Positions 42,813 to 53,839 of a stretch of DNA of 64,000 bases are shown piece after piece. The stretch's first letter is position 1. Each line of letters starts with the position of its first letter. The notes beneath the pieces are model-generated. The model was given only the letters and a program-made list of their open reading frames with translations. It was not told the origin of the DNA and did no database searches. This stretch comes from an uncultured bacterium (GTDB lineage: Bacteria; Actinomycetota; Acidimicrobiia; Spongiisociales; UBA5794): positions 96,001 to 160,000 of the forward strand of contig CAWDDT010000011.1 of assembly GCA_963801165.1 (NCBI GenBank), written 5' to 3'. Position numbers and translations under genes: made by a program.

Positions 42813-42888
42813 TGAGCCAACCGTTTCCTTCCCCGCTTGCGGCACGCTTACGACCGCGGCGGCAGCAACGGCGGTCGCCGCTCGTCCT

Positions 42889-42939
42889 TCCCCCTTCGGA
42901 CGGCCTAGGGGCCGTCCGATCCCCCCGAAATGGGGGGAT
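42889..42939. repeat. Dispersed double-hairpin element, family B
   Basis: Reverse complement matches 59035-59082. Confidence 0.7.
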
Positions 42940-43021
42940 AGCTGCACGAGACAGAACTCAAACCAAACCGAGCCATGCTTCGGACCCACGTACAGCGGAG
43001 TTTGGCGAAGCCAAACTCAAA

Positions 43022-43048
43022 CCTGACTGAGCCTCAGGCTCAGTCAGG
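43022..43048 (-). terminator. glmS terminator hairpin
   Basis: CCTGACTGAGCC-tca-GGCTCAGTCAGG, followed by TTT on the minus strand just after the glmS stop. Confidence 0.75.
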
Positions 43049-43051
43049 CGA

Positions 43052-44875
43052 CTACTCCACCGTGACCGACTTCGCCAGGTTTCTCGGCTGATCGATGTCG
43101 TGACCGCGGAGCCGGGCGACGTGATATGCCAACAGCTGCAGCGGCACGATCGCGGCAACCGGGCCAAGCAGATCGTCTGCGCGCGGGATCCGCAGCACAC
43201 GGTCGGCATATTTGTGGATCTGCTCGTCGTCGTCGAACGCGACGGCGAGCACCCTGCCGCCACGAGCCTTGACCTCCTGCACCGCCGAGATCGTCTTGTC
43301 GTACACGCTGTGCTGGGTGAGCACGACGATCACAGGCGTGCCCCTGGTTACCAGAGCCAACGTGCCGTGCTTCAGCTCCCCGGCCGGCATCGCCTCAGAG
43401 TGGAGGTAGCTGATCTCCTTCAGCTTCAGCGAGCCCTCCATGGCGACGGCATAATCGAGGCCCCGCCCGATGAAGTAGACGTCGTCAGCCTCGAGGATCT
43501 CCTCAGCAGCCGCGACGACCTGATCATCGCGGTGTAACAACTCTTCGATTTGCGCCGGCAGCAGGCTGAGACCGTGCGCCACGCGGGCTGCCAGGTCCTC
43601 GTCGACAACACCGCGCACCCGGCCGATACGGAGAGCGAGCAGGTACTGGGCGATCAGCATCGCCACGTAGGCCTTGGTCGACGCCACCGATATCTCGGGA
43701 CCTGCCCTCGTATACAGAATGTCGTCTGCTTCGCGGGCCAGCGTGCTCCCGACGACGTTGGTCAGCGCCAGCATGCGCGAGCCGCGCTCTTTTGCCAGCC
43801 GGGCTGCGGCCAGCGTGTCGGCGGTCTCCCCCGACTGGCTGATGGCAACCGTGAGGCTCCGTGGCGAGATCAGGGGATCGTTGTACCGCATCTCGTGGGC
43901 GTACTCGACGAATGTGGGCACGCGCAGCAGACGGCGGAAGATCTCTTTGCCCACCAGCCCGGCGTGGTACGCCGTCCCGCACGCTGTGATCCACAGCTCG
44001 TCGAAGTCACGGGCGAAGGCGTCATCGAATTTGACGTCCTCGAGCCACACCGAACCCGACTCGTCGAGCCGGCCCGCCAGGGTCTCGGTTACTACTGATG
44101 GCTGCTCGTTGATCTCCTTCAGCATGAAGTGGTCGAAGCCGCCCTTCTCGGCCTGCTCGGCATCCCAGTCGATGTGGAGCACGTCACGTTCGACCGGCTC
44201 GCCGGCAATGGTTTCGATGACGGCACCATCGACGGTGACCGTCACCATCTCGCCGTCCTCGATCACCAGGAACTTGCGAGTCCGGTGCAGCACCGCCGGG
44301 ATATCGGAAGCAAGGAACGTCTCCCCCTCCCCGAGACCAACGATGAGCGGGCTGATCCTGCGCACGGCAACGATCTTGCCGGGCTCGCGTTTGGTCATGA
44401 CGACCAGGGCGTAGGCACCCTCCGCCTTGGCCACCGCACGCCTCACCGCAGCCTCGAGATCTCCGTCGTACTCGTCGGCAACGAGGTGGGCGAGGATCTC
44501 CGTGTCCGTATCGGACGCAAACGCGTGCCCCGCCGCCTCCAGCTCTTCGCGGAGGGACAGGAAGTTCTCGATGATCCCGTTGTGGACCACGACAAACTCA
44601 CCGGATGGATCCGTATGAGGGTGGGCATTTACATCGCTCGGCTCACCGTGGGTTGCCCACCGCGTGTGCCCGATCCCGATCGTTCCCTGGAGCGGGCTCG
44701 CCTCGAGCAACGCTGCCAGGCGATCGATCTTCCCTTGAGCCTTGCGAACGTCGATTTTGCCGTTGCTGACGGCGACCCCGGCCGAGTCGTATCCCCGGTA
44801 CTCGAGACGGCGCAGACCGTCGAGAAGTACTGGAGCAGCCTGCTGCGGGCCCACGTAGCCCATGATTCCGCACAT
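43052..44875 (-). CDS. glmS: Glutamine-fructose-6-phosphate aminotransferase
   Basis: MCGIMG, LEYRGYDSAG, GHTRWATHG, SQSGETADT, PRNLAKSVTVE. Confidence 0.98.
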   Translation of the reverse strand: MCGIMGYVGPQQAAPVLLDGLRRLEYRGYDSAGVAVSNGKIDVRKAQGKIDRLAALLEASPLQGTIGIGHTRWATHGEPSDVNAHPHTDPSGEFVVVHNGIIENFLSLREELEAAGHAFASDTDTEILAHLVADEYDGDLEAAVRRAVAKAEGAYALVVMTKREPGKIVAVRRISPLIVGLGEGETFLASDIPAVLHRTRKFLVIEDGEMVTVTVDGAVIETIAGEPVERDVLHIDWDAEQAEKGGFDHFMLKEINEQPSVVTETLAGRLDESGSVWLEDVKFDDAFARDFDELWITACGTAYHAGLVGKEIFRRLLRVPTFVEYAHEMRYNDPLISPRSLTVAISQSGETADTLAAARLAKERGSRMLALTNVVGSTLAREADDILYTRAGPEISVASTKAYVAMLIAQYLLALRIGRVRGVVDEDLAARVAHGLSLLPAQIEELLHRDDQVVAAAEEILEADDVYFIGRGLDYAVAMEGSLKLKEISYLHSEAMPAGELKHGTLALVTRGTPVIVVLTQHSVYDKTISAVQEVKARGGRVLAVAFDDDEQIHKYADRVLRIPRADDLLGPVAAIVPLQLLAYHVARLRGHDIDQPRNLAKSVTVE

Positions 44876-44936
44876 GCGGGAACCTCCGTGTTGTGACCGG
44901 AGGCGCTGTTGCGAGGTCCGAGACCTCACTCCACTC

Positions 44937-45075
44937 GGGAGCGACTCTGTCCCCGGGATTGCGCCCGGGATTTACCGCTCCCTGACGGCCGTGGACGGCC
45001 GAGAGGGCACCCGCCGACTGATCGATCATCCCTCCACCTCGTCACCTCGACTCCCGTCGAGGGCTGGCGCTGCTG
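44937..45075 (-). ncRNA. glmS ribozyme (GlcN6P-dependent self-cleaving RNA)
   Basis: AGCGCCAG-P1(CCTCGAC/GTCGAGG)-TGACGAGGTGGAGGG..ATCGA..TCGGCGGGTGCCCTCTCGG..P4 (GGAGCG..TAAATCCCGGG-GCAA-CCCGGGGACAGAG..CGCTCC) in the glmS 5' region. Confidence 0.9.
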
Positions 45076-45187
45076 GTTTGAACGACTCCGGTCGGTTTCA
45101 GTTGTTGGACGAACACTAACCCATGAGGAGAATTGCGCAGCTACCGCAGGCCTGCATTGGGTCACCGGTCGTCCCCCACGGGGTGGC

Positions 45188-46507
45188 TCAACTGAGCGAC
45201 TCGGCGACCACCGCGCCAACGGCGGTCGCCATCTCCTCGGCGCTATCCGCAGACGGAGCCTCCACCATCACCCGCACCAGCGGCTCGGTCCCCGAGGCGC
45301 GCACCAGGATGCGCCCGTCACCGCCGAGTTCCCGTTCGGCATCGGCGACCGCGTCCCAGATGGCAGCCGAGGTGTCGAGCCTCCCCTTGTCGGCAACGGG
45401 GATGTTGCGCAGCACCTGGGGATACTCGGTGATGATCTTGCGCAGCTCGGCGAGAGGTTCGCCGGTCGCCGCCAGCACCTCAGCCAACCGGACGGCGGTA
45501 CGCAGCCCATCGCCTGTGGTGCCCCGGTAAAAAATGATATGGCCCGACTGCTCGCCACCGAGAGCAGCCTTCACCCGGCGCATACCCTCGTAGACGTAGC
45601 GATCGCCGACCGCGGTCTCCTCCACCTCGATGTCGAGGTCTTCCATCGCCCGCCGGAAACCGAGATTGGCCATGACAGTGGTCACCACGACGTTGTTCTT
45701 CAGCTTGCCCGTGTCCTTGAGGTGCTTGGCGAACACGGCCATCAACACGTCACCGTTGGCGACCACGCCGTTCTCGTCAACAGCGATGAGACGATCGGCG
45801 TCACCGTCAAACGCGAGACCCACCCTTCCCTTGACCATCGCGGCGAGGAATGCCGGCGTGGTGGCCCCGCAGCCCGCGTTGATGTTCAGCCCATCCGGCC
45901 CGTCGGCGTGGACCTCGACGGCGGCACCGAGCCTTTCGAAGAGAAGGGGGGCAGCCCGGTAGGCGGCACCATTCGCACAGTCGAGCACGAACTCGAGCCC
46001 CTGCAGGCTGTACTCCACGTTCTCAGCGAGGTTGTCGACATAGCGACCAACCGGATCGTCGAGATCCATGCGGAGGCCGATGAGGGCGCTGTCTGGATGC
46101 TGCCACGGCGCACCGCGCCGGTAGCGGGTCTCGATGACCGACTCTTGTTCGTCGTCGAGCTTGCCGCCGTTGTGCCCGAGGAACTTGATCCCGTTGTCGT
46201 GTGCCGGGTTATGCGAGGCACTCACCATCACCCCCATTGGTGCGTCGAGCTGGCGGATCAACCGGGAAACACCGCCGACGGGCAAGATCCCAACATCTAT
46301 GGTGTCAACTCCGACCGCGCTAAATCCGGCGTGAAGCGCCGCGGTGAACATGGGCCCCGAACGTCGCGTGTCGCGCCCGATGATGACGGGCCCACCGGTG
46401 CTCTCGCCGGCGGCACGCGCCAGATCGAGAGCCATCTCCACGGTGAGATCCGCGTTGGCGCGACCCCGAACCCCGTCGGTGCCGAATAGGCGATTGACGC
46501 CGGCCAC
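45188..46507 (-). CDS. glmM: Phosphoglucosamine mutase
   Basis: LFGTDGVRG, SASHNP, FDGDADR, GGEQSGH, RASGTEP. Confidence 0.97.
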   Translation of the reverse strand: MAGVNRLFGTDGVRGRANADLTVEMALDLARAAGESTGGPVIIGRDTRRSGPMFTAALHAGFSAVGVDTIDVGILPVGGVSRLIRQLDAPMGVMVSASHNPAHDNGIKFLGHNGGKLDDEQESVIETRYRRGAPWQHPDSALIGLRMDLDDPVGRYVDNLAENVEYSLQGLEFVLDCANGAAYRAAPLLFERLGAAVEVHADGPDGLNINAGCGATTPAFLAAMVKGRVGLAFDGDADRLIAVDENGVVANGDVLMAVFAKHLKDTGKLKNNVVVTTVMANLGFRRAMEDLDIEVEETAVGDRYVYEGMRRVKAALGGEQSGHIIFYRGTTGDGLRTAVRLAEVLAATGEPLAELRKIITEYPQVLRNIPVADKGRLDTSAAIWDAVADAERELGGDGRILVRASGTEPLVRVMVEAPSADSAEEMATAVGAVVAESLS

Positions 46508-46518
46508 CGGCCCAGACC

Positions 46519-46911
46519 TCAGCGCTTGGTGAACTGTGGAGCGCGACGGGCCTTGCGGAGACCGTACTTCTTGCGCTCGACACGACGTGCGTCCCGGGTG
46601 AGCATCCCGCCCCGCTTGAGGGTAGGGCGGTGCTCCGGGTCGATCTCGATGAGCGCCCGGGCAATCCCCAGCCGGAGAGCGTCGCTCTGTCCTGTGGTGC
46701 CACCACCTTCGAGCCTGGCGACAATGTCGTACTGGCCTTCCACCTCGACGGCCCGTAGCGGCTCCATCACCCGCTGCCGCAGCGCTGCGTACGGGAAGTA
46801 ATCGTCGAGAGTGCGGCCGTTGAGCGAAATCGCACCAGATCCGGAATAGAGACGGACCCTGGCGATGGAGCTCTTACGACGGCCGGTAGCTTGAACAAGC
46901 GGCTTTGGCAT
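46519..46911 (-). CDS. rpsI: 30S ribosomal protein S9
   Basis: [26 protein letters not shown]. Confidence 0.98.
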   Translation of the reverse strand: MPKPLVQATGRRKSSIARVRLYSGSGAISLNGRTLDDYFPYAALRQRVMEPLRAVEVEGQYDIVARLEGGGTTGQSDALRLGIARALIEIDPEHRPTLKRGGMLTRDARRVERKKYGLRKARRAPQFTKR

Positions 46912-47369
46912 CAGGCTCGCACCTTTCTGATATCGAGTGGCTGCGGCTGCTGCGCCGCATGCGGGTGCTCGGGGCCCGCATAGACCTTCAGCTTGCCGAG
47001 GATCTGACGACCGAGACGGTTCTTCGGCAGCATGCCCTTGACCGCGTTGGTGATGATGCGGTCCGGGAATGTCTCACGAACGTGTCGCAGCGACGAAGCC
47101 CGCAGGCCACCGGGGTATCCCGAATGGCGGTAGTAGATCTTCTCGTCTTCCTTGTGCCCCGTTACCGCGATCTTCTCGGCATTGATCACAATGACGTAGT
47201 CGCCCCCGTCCACGTGTGGGGCGAAGGTCGGCTTGTGCTTGCCACGCAGGATCTGCGCGACATTGGAAGCCAGACGGCCGAGCGGCACGTCGGCAGCGTC
47301 GACGACGAACCAGTCGTGGCTCAGGTCGCCCGGCTTGGGCGTAAAAGTCTTCTGTAGTTTCGGCTTCAT
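46911..47369 (-). CDS. rplM: 50S ribosomal protein L13
   Basis: [36 protein letters not shown]. Confidence 0.98.
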   Translation of the reverse strand: MKPKLQKTFTPKPGDLSHDWFVVDAADVPLGRLASNVAQILRGKHKPTFAPHVDGGDYVIVINAEKIAVTGHKEDEKIYYRHSGYPGGLRASSLRHVRETFPDRIITNAVKGMLPKNRLGRQILGKLKVYAGPEHPHAAQQPQPLDIRKVRA

Positions 47370-47477
47370 TAAGACAGTCCTCAAACAAGAAAAGCGCACA
47401 TGGAGGAACCCCTGGCGAGCGGGAGCCACCGCATGATAAGCGATTGCTTGCTCGCGCGCCAACCCGGTGCCGGAGCG

Positions 47478-48209
47478 CTAGTAGTCCACCCGAACCAGCG
47501 TCAGCCCATGCGCTGGAGCGGCGCCCTTGGCGCGGCGACGATCCTTCGATTGGAGGATGACCGGCACGTCGTCCGGGTCGACTCTACCCCGTCCGATCTC
47601 GACTGACAGCGCCACAAGCGACCGCACCATCTGGTGGCAGAATGAGCTTGCGGAGACGTCGCACGCAAGGAGACAGTCTCCGCGGTCCGTCCACTGCACC
47701 ATGTCGAGTCGCCGCACCGTGCTACGGTCCCCGGCTTTGCGGCAGAACGCGGCAAAGTCGTGCTCGCCGACGAGATGGGCAACGCCGCGATTCATCAACT
47801 CGAGGTCGAGCGACGCCTCGTAGTGCCACGACGTTCCGGCGAGAAACGGGTCGGGAGTCTCCCGGTTGAGCACGAGATACGTGTAGGAACGGCCTTTCGC
47901 AGAGAAGCGGGCGTTGAAGCCGGGCGGCGCAATTGCAACGCTGCCAACTGCGATCTCAGGCCCCAGTTGCCGGTTCAAGGACCGTACGAGCCGGTTGGCG
48001 TCGAGCGCCCGGTCGACATCGAATGACACCACCTGCCCGGTGGCGTGCACCCCGCTGTCGGTGCGCCCGGCAACGGCCGTCTCCACCTCACCGGTGAGCT
48101 TGAACAGAGCATCTTCAAGCTCCCCCTGGACGGTACGGACGTGCGGCTGGCCGGCATAGCCGTGGAACCCGGTTCCGTCGTACGCGAGATCGATCCGGTA
48201 GGTCGTCAC
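47478..48209 (-). CDS. truA: tRNA pseudouridine(38-40) synthase
   Basis: YDGTGFHG, AGRTDSGVHA, FCHQMVR, APAHGL. Confidence 0.97.
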   Translation of the reverse strand: MTTYRIDLAYDGTGFHGYAGQPHVRTVQGELEDALFKLTGEVETAVAGRTDSGVHATGQVVSFDVDRALDANRLVRSLNRQLGPEIAVGSVAIAPPGFNARFSAKGRSYTYLVLNRETPDPFLAGTSWHYEASLDLELMNRGVAHLVGEHDFAAFCRKAGDRSTVRRLDMVQWTDRGDCLLACDVSASSFCHQMVRSLVALSVEIGRGRVDPDDVPVILQSKDRRRAKGAAPAHGLTLVRVDY

Positions 48210-48222
48210 AGCTCGCCGCCGG

Positions 48223-48756
48223 TCAGATGAGGGGGGTGAGGGCGAAGATCCTGTTGACGATGACGAGCCCGATGAGCGCCCCGACGGCGGTCAGGAACGC
48301 CTTCTCGCGTGGCAAGTCGCTGGCATACCCCATCCCGGCGGCGATGATGAAGAGGAACCATATGTAGCCCAAGGCAAAAAAGAGCAGCCCGCGCCGTTGG
48401 AAGAAGAGAATGAGGATGGTGTGAAGAAGGGTTGTCGGATATGCAAAACCCGTGAAACGCAGATAGGTGCTGAACTCCCCACCGAGCTTGAGCCCGTAAT
48501 GCACGATCGCCCAAGAGATGCCCGAGTAGAGCAGCCACTGGATCAGCGCTCCGAGCACCAGTTCCAGCAGCAGGCTTCCGATGCCGACGCTGAACAACGA
48601 CCGCCCGCCGGCCACCAGCACGACAAAGGAAACCACGGGAGTGAGCGCCACCAGGATCAGCGCATCGCCGGTCGCCCGGTCGTTGAAGTCCATCCACACG
48701 AATGCGTCGCGCTTGATCTGCAGAGTCTGCAGGAACCTGCTGAAGACCTCACCCAT
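48223..48756 (-). CDS. Yip1-like multi-pass membrane protein
   Basis: About 5 hydrophobic helices; LRFTGFAY pattern. Confidence 0.55.
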   Translation of the reverse strand: MGEVFSRFLQTLQIKRDAFVWMDFNDRATGDALILVALTPVVSFVVLVAGGRSLFSVGIGSLLLELVLGALIQWLLYSGISWAIVHYGLKLGGEFSTYLRFTGFAYPTTLLHTILILFFQRRGLLFFALGYIWFLFIIAAGMGYASDLPREKAFLTAVGALIGLVIVNRIFALTPLI

Positions 48757-48867
48757 CGGCTACCTCTTGCTCGGCAATGTCACCGGAGCATACCGGACGG
48801 CACGCGCCGGTCGGTTCCCAACGCCGCGGCCTCGTATAACCTCTCCCTGAGACAAAGAGAGGACCGC

Positions 48868-49854
48868 GTGGAGTACACACGTCTGGGAAGAACCGGCTTC
48901 GAGGTGTCACGGATAGGCTTTGGGGCCTGGGCCATCGGGGCCGACTGGGGTTCGGTCACCGAGACCGACGCCATCGCAGCTCTGGAGGCTGCCCTCGATA
49001 CGGGCATCACATTCTTCGACACCGCCGATGTCTACGGAGACGGTCGCAGCGAGCGCCTGATCGCCCGCCTTCGTGCCGAGCACCCGGAAGCCTCGTTCAC
49101 GGTCGCCACCAAGGCGGGACGCAGACTGGACCCCCACGTTGCTGCCGGATATACCCCGGAGAATATCGAGCGCTTCATCGATCGCAGCCTGCAGAACCTC
49201 CGCGTGGATAGCCTCCCGTTGGTGCAGTTGCACTGCCCGCCGACCGACGTCTACTACCAGCCTGCGCTGTTCGCCGGTCTCGACGCGCTCGTCGCCAAAG
49301 GGAAGATCCAGCACTACGGGGTCAGTGTCGAGCGGGTCGAGGAGGCGCTGAAGGCGATCGAGTATCCCGGCGTCGAGACGGTGCAGATCATCTTCAACAT
49401 GTTTCGGCACCGGCCCGCCGAGCTCTTCTTCCGGCAGGCGCAAGAGCGCGAGGTCGGCGTCATCGTTCGGGTACCCCTCGCAAGCGGCCTTCTCACCGGG
49501 AAGATGACGCCCGGGACGACATTCTCGGACGACGATCATCGCAAGTACAACCGCCACGGCGAGGCGTTCGACGTCGGCGAGACCTTTGCGGGAATCGACT
49601 ACGAGACCGGGCTGGTGGCGGTCGACGAGATCCGGCCGTTGCTACCGGAAGGAGCCACGATGGCGCAGCTGGCGTTGCGCTGGATCCTCATGTTCGACGC
49701 CGTCTCAACGGTCATCCCGGGTGGCAAGAACCCTGCACAGGTCAGGGACAACGCAAGCGCCGCGGACCTCCCAGCGCTCTCCGCCGCGACCATGGCCAAG
49801 ATCACCGACGTCTATGACCGCTATGCCCGCCCCCAGGTGCATCACCGCTGGTGA
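48868..49854 (+). CDS. Aldo/keto reductase
   Basis: GTG start; IGFGAW, FFDTADVYG, ATK, QLH, PLASGLLTGK, VIPG. Confidence 0.93.
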   Translation: MEYTRLGRTGFEVSRIGFGAWAIGADWGSVTETDAIAALEAALDTGITFFDTADVYGDGRSERLIARLRAEHPEASFTVATKAGRRLDPHVAAGYTPENIERFIDRSLQNLRVDSLPLVQLHCPPTDVYYQPALFAGLDALVAKGKIQHYGVSVERVEEALKAIEYPGVETVQIIFNMFRHRPAELFFRQAQEREVGVIVRVPLASGLLTGKMTPGTTFSDDDHRKYNRHGEAFDVGETFAGIDYETGLVAVDEIRPLLPEGATMAQLALRWILMFDAVSTVIPGGKNPAQVRDNASAADLPALSAATMAKITDVYDRYARPQVHHRW

Positions 49855-49859
49855 CCTCA

Positions 49860-49913
49860 CCGCTTCTGGCGTCCATCGCGGCGACGATTAGCCGGTCTGG
49901 ACGCCAGAAGCGG
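49860..49913. repeat. Palindrome family C copy between convergent genes
   Basis: CCGCTTCTGGCGTCCA...TGGACGCCAGAAGCGG. Confidence 0.7.
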
Positions 49914-49919
49914 TAGTTC

Positions 49920-52900
49920 TCAGAGCGGCTGGCGGGGGCTTTCGGGGGGGCCCTCGTCGGTGGGGACGAAACTGGCGTCCGTGGTGAGGATGATCTTGTC
50001 GAGAATGAGACCATCATCACCCATGAAGACCTGGAACGTATGCACCCCGCCATCCGAGACCTCGATCGAAACGGGCGTCGGCAAGCGACCCACGTTCGAC
50101 CACGTCCACTCCCCGACCCCATCGCTCCAGCTGCCGTTGCCGCCGGCCGCTACGCCCCCAGCCACATCTCCGTCGATCCCGACAAAGACCCCCTTGGACC
50201 GTATGTCAAGTGCCCATGCGCGCACCCAGACATAGTAGGTGCCCGTCGTGGTGAAATCGATGTCGAAGGTCATCTCGGGCGAGGTCGTCGGCAGATTGTC
50301 GCGCAACCGGGTGCCATCGTCCGGCAGCGCCTGCATCGCCGCCTCCCCGCTGAACCCGGCTGGATCGGTGACCTCGGTCCATGTGTCACCACTCCGGGTG
50401 ATGTTCTCGAAGTAGCTCTCGGCTTCGAAGACGACAGTGCCGTCGGCTTCGATGAAAGCTCCCTCGCCACCGCCCGCCGCAACCGTCACATCATTTGATG
50501 TCATACCAGTCGCACCATCATCATCGGTCGCCGTCAACGACACCGAATAGGTGCCACCACCAGCAAAGCTATGCGACGGTGACTGCAGCGTCGACGAACC
50601 ACCATCACCAAAGTCCCAATCCCAACTGACCACCGAACCATCCGAATCAGACGACGTATCGGTAAACGTGCAATCCAAATCCGTACACGACGAGGTGAAG
50701 TCCGCCGTCGGAGCAACATTCCCGGCAGCAACCGTCACATCATTCGATGTCATACCAGTCGCACCATCATCATCGGTCACCGTCAACGACACCGAATAGG
50801 TGCCACCACCAGCAAACGAATGGCTAGGAGACTGCACACTCGACGTGCCACCATCACCAAAGTCCCAATCCCAACTGACCACCGAACCATCCGAATCAGA
50901 CGACGTATCCGTAAACGTGCAATCCAAATCCGTACACGAGAACGTGAAATCAGCCGTCGGAGCAACATTGCCGCCGGACACCGTCACATCCTGCGCAAAT
51001 GTGCCGGTAGCGCCGTCATCATCGGTCACCGTCAACGACACCGAATAGGTGCCACCACCAGCAAACGAATGGCTAGGAGACTGCACACTCGACGTGCCAC
51101 CATCACCAAAGTCCCAATCCCAACTGACCACCGAACCATCCGAATCAGACGACCCGTCCGTAAACGTGCAGTCCAAATCCGTACACGAGAACGTGAAATC
51201 AGCCGTCGGAGCAACATTGCCGCCGGACACCGTCACATCCTGCGCAAATGTGCCGGTAGCGCCGTCATCATCGGTCACCGTCAACGACACCGAATAGGTG
51301 CCACCACCAGCAAACTATGGCGACGGAGACTGCACGTCGACGTGCCACCATCACCAAAGTCCCAATCCCAACTGACCACCGAACCATCCGAATCAGACGA
51401 CCCGTCCGTAAACGTGCAGTCCAAATCCGTACACGACGACGTAAACGAGGCAGTAGGCGCGACGTTACCCGACGCAACCGTCACATCCTGCGACAGTGCG
51501 CCGGTAGCGCCGTCATCATCGGTCACCGTCAACGACACCGAATAGGTGCCACCACCAGCAAAGCTATGCGACGGTGACTGCAGCGTCGACGAACCACCAT
51601 CACCAAAGTCCCAATCCCAACTGACCACCGAACCATCCGAATCAGACGACGTATCGGTAAACGTGCAATCCAAATCCGTACACGACGAGGTGAAGTCCGC
51701 CGTCGGAGCAACATTCCCGGCAGCAACCGTCACATCATTCGATGTCATACCAGTCGCACCATCATCATCGGTCACCGTCAACGACACCGAATAGGTGCCA
51801 CCACCAGCAAACGAATGGCTAGGAGACTGCACACTCGACGTGCCACCATCACCAAAGTCCCAATCCCAACTGACCACCGAACCATCCGAATCAGACGACG
51901 TATCCGTAAACGTGCAATCCAAATCCGTACACGAGAACGTGAAATCAGCCGTCGGAGCAACATTGCCGCCGGACACCGTCACATCCTGCGCAAATGTGCC
52001 GGTAGCGCCGTCATCATCGGTCACCGTCAACGACACCGAATAGGTGCCACCACCAGCAAACGAATGGCTAGGAGACTGCACACTCGACGTGCCACCATCA
52101 CCAAAGTCCCAATCCCAACTGACCACCGAACCATCCGAATCAGACGACCCGTCCGTAAACGTGCAGTCCAAATCCGTACACGAGGCAGAGAAGTGCGCCG
52201 TCGGAGGAACGTTGGGTGGCGGTGCACCGAGATGAGCGGCGAGACGCGCCGCTAGATCCGCCTGGACTGCGGCGTAGTCTCCGTTGTCCCAGAGGTTCAC
52301 GATCTCCCAAGGGTCGTCGTTGAGGTTGTACATCTCGAACTCGCCCGCTTCGGTCAGATCGACATATTTGTACCAATCACCGTCTGTACCAATCCCGACG
52401 ATCCCGTCGTAGAAGGGATCATTGCCGTGGATGAACCATTCATCTCGCCACGTCGTCTGCGGATCGTTGAGTAGCGGCACCAGGCTCATGCCCTCGACGC
52501 CTATCGTCGGAGTCGCACCGGCAAGATCCGCAAGCGTCGGCGCGATGTCGATGTTGAGCACGTAATCGTCGCTGTTGACGCTCCCCGGGGTGGCTCCGGG
52601 ACAGACGTTGGGCGGGCACACCACTACGTACGGCACCTGATGGCAGGTGTAATACTCGCAGCCCTTGTTCCGCCAATGTTGCTCGCCGTTGGCCATCCCG
52701 TTGTCAGAGATGAAAATCCAGACGGTGTTGTCGAGCCGCCCATCACTCGCCAGTTGATCGTGAAGGGCACCGACCATGTCATCGACCGACAACGTCATCT
52801 CAATGGAATTCGTCATCGTGCGCTCGATCCGGTCAAGGACCCTGTCCGGCAGATCGGTAGTAGGCAGATGAGACGGAGTGTTCGGCGATGGAAGCACGTT

Positions 52901-53839
52901 CGTGGACGGGTAGTGCGGGATGTTGATCCCCTGAAACGCTCCCACGTGTCGATCCTCGACGTTGATCGGCAGATGCGGGCTCGCCGGGTTCAAATCGAGG
53001 AAGAACGGCGTCTGCGTATCCTCCTGAAGGAAGTCGAGCGCCAGCCTGCATACGTAGTCGGTCGAGTAGTAGTTGCCGACGGCGCACGCCTCACCCGATG
53101 TCGAGTCGGCGTTATTGAAGCGCGTGATCAGAGGCTCCTCGTCACCGGCTTGCCAACTGATCCATGGATAGTCGGTGTACGGATCGTCACTGTTGTGAAA
53201 GTCGTGATAGACCTCCCACGTGTCCCAGCCCGGTGGGATGTACCCGGAGAATGGCCCATAGCCGTAACCGTTGAGGTACTTTCCCATCAGCGCATTGCGG
53301 TAGCCGGCAGCCTGCAGCCAGGTGGCGATGGTTGACGAGTCGTCGAGCAGTGATCCGTTGTTATACGTGACGCCGTGGGTGGTCGAGTACTGACCGGTGA
53401 GGATGCTGGCGCGAGAGGGACAGCAGAGCGATTGGGTGACGTTCCCATGGAGAAACGTTATCCCCGCAGATTGGAGAAGGCTCTGGACGTTGGGCATACA
53501 GGCGTCGGCACCCGCGTGGAAGTCATATGGATCCAGTTCCGGACTGCAGCGACCGATCGTGTCCCACTTCTGGTCGTCCGTGACAATAAGGACGAAGTTC
53601 GGTTGACTGGCGCTCTCGGTTGCGGACGGCGCCGGGGGCACTGCAGCGACGGGCGCCGGTGCCACGGTAGTGGTAGGCGCAGCCGGCACAGGCCCGGCCT
53701 CGGATCCAATAGCTTGTGGCTGAAACCCCGAAAACAAGCTCATGAACATCAACACTGCCGACAAGATCGCGAAATACCGATATCTAGATAGACTCGCCCG
53801 CACGATGACCCCTCCTATTGCTCGGCGAGCTGTAGCCAT
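49920..53839 (-). CDS. Secreted Cys-type sulfatase with 7 PKD domains and a C-terminal beta-rich (carbohydrate-binding-like) domain; one frameshift near 51320
   Basis: PNFVLIVTDDQ, LCCPSRASILTG, GKYLN, SDNG, NIDIAPT; repeats of PTADFT..WDWDFGDG..GTYSVSLTVTDDDGA; start codon uncertain. Confidence 0.85.
50480..52210 (-). repeat. Seven near-identical ~249-bp coding tandem repeats (PKD)
   Basis: Identical shadow ORFs recur at offsets of 249 and 995 bp. Confidence 0.93.

Noticed and set aside
51300-51345. Programmed frameshift in the sulfatase-PKD gene
   Set aside because: No slippery heptamer; the sequence looks like a consensus blend of two repeat variants.
50480-52210. CRISPR array or mobile-element repeats
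   Set aside because: The 249-bp period equals 83 codons and encodes PKD domains.
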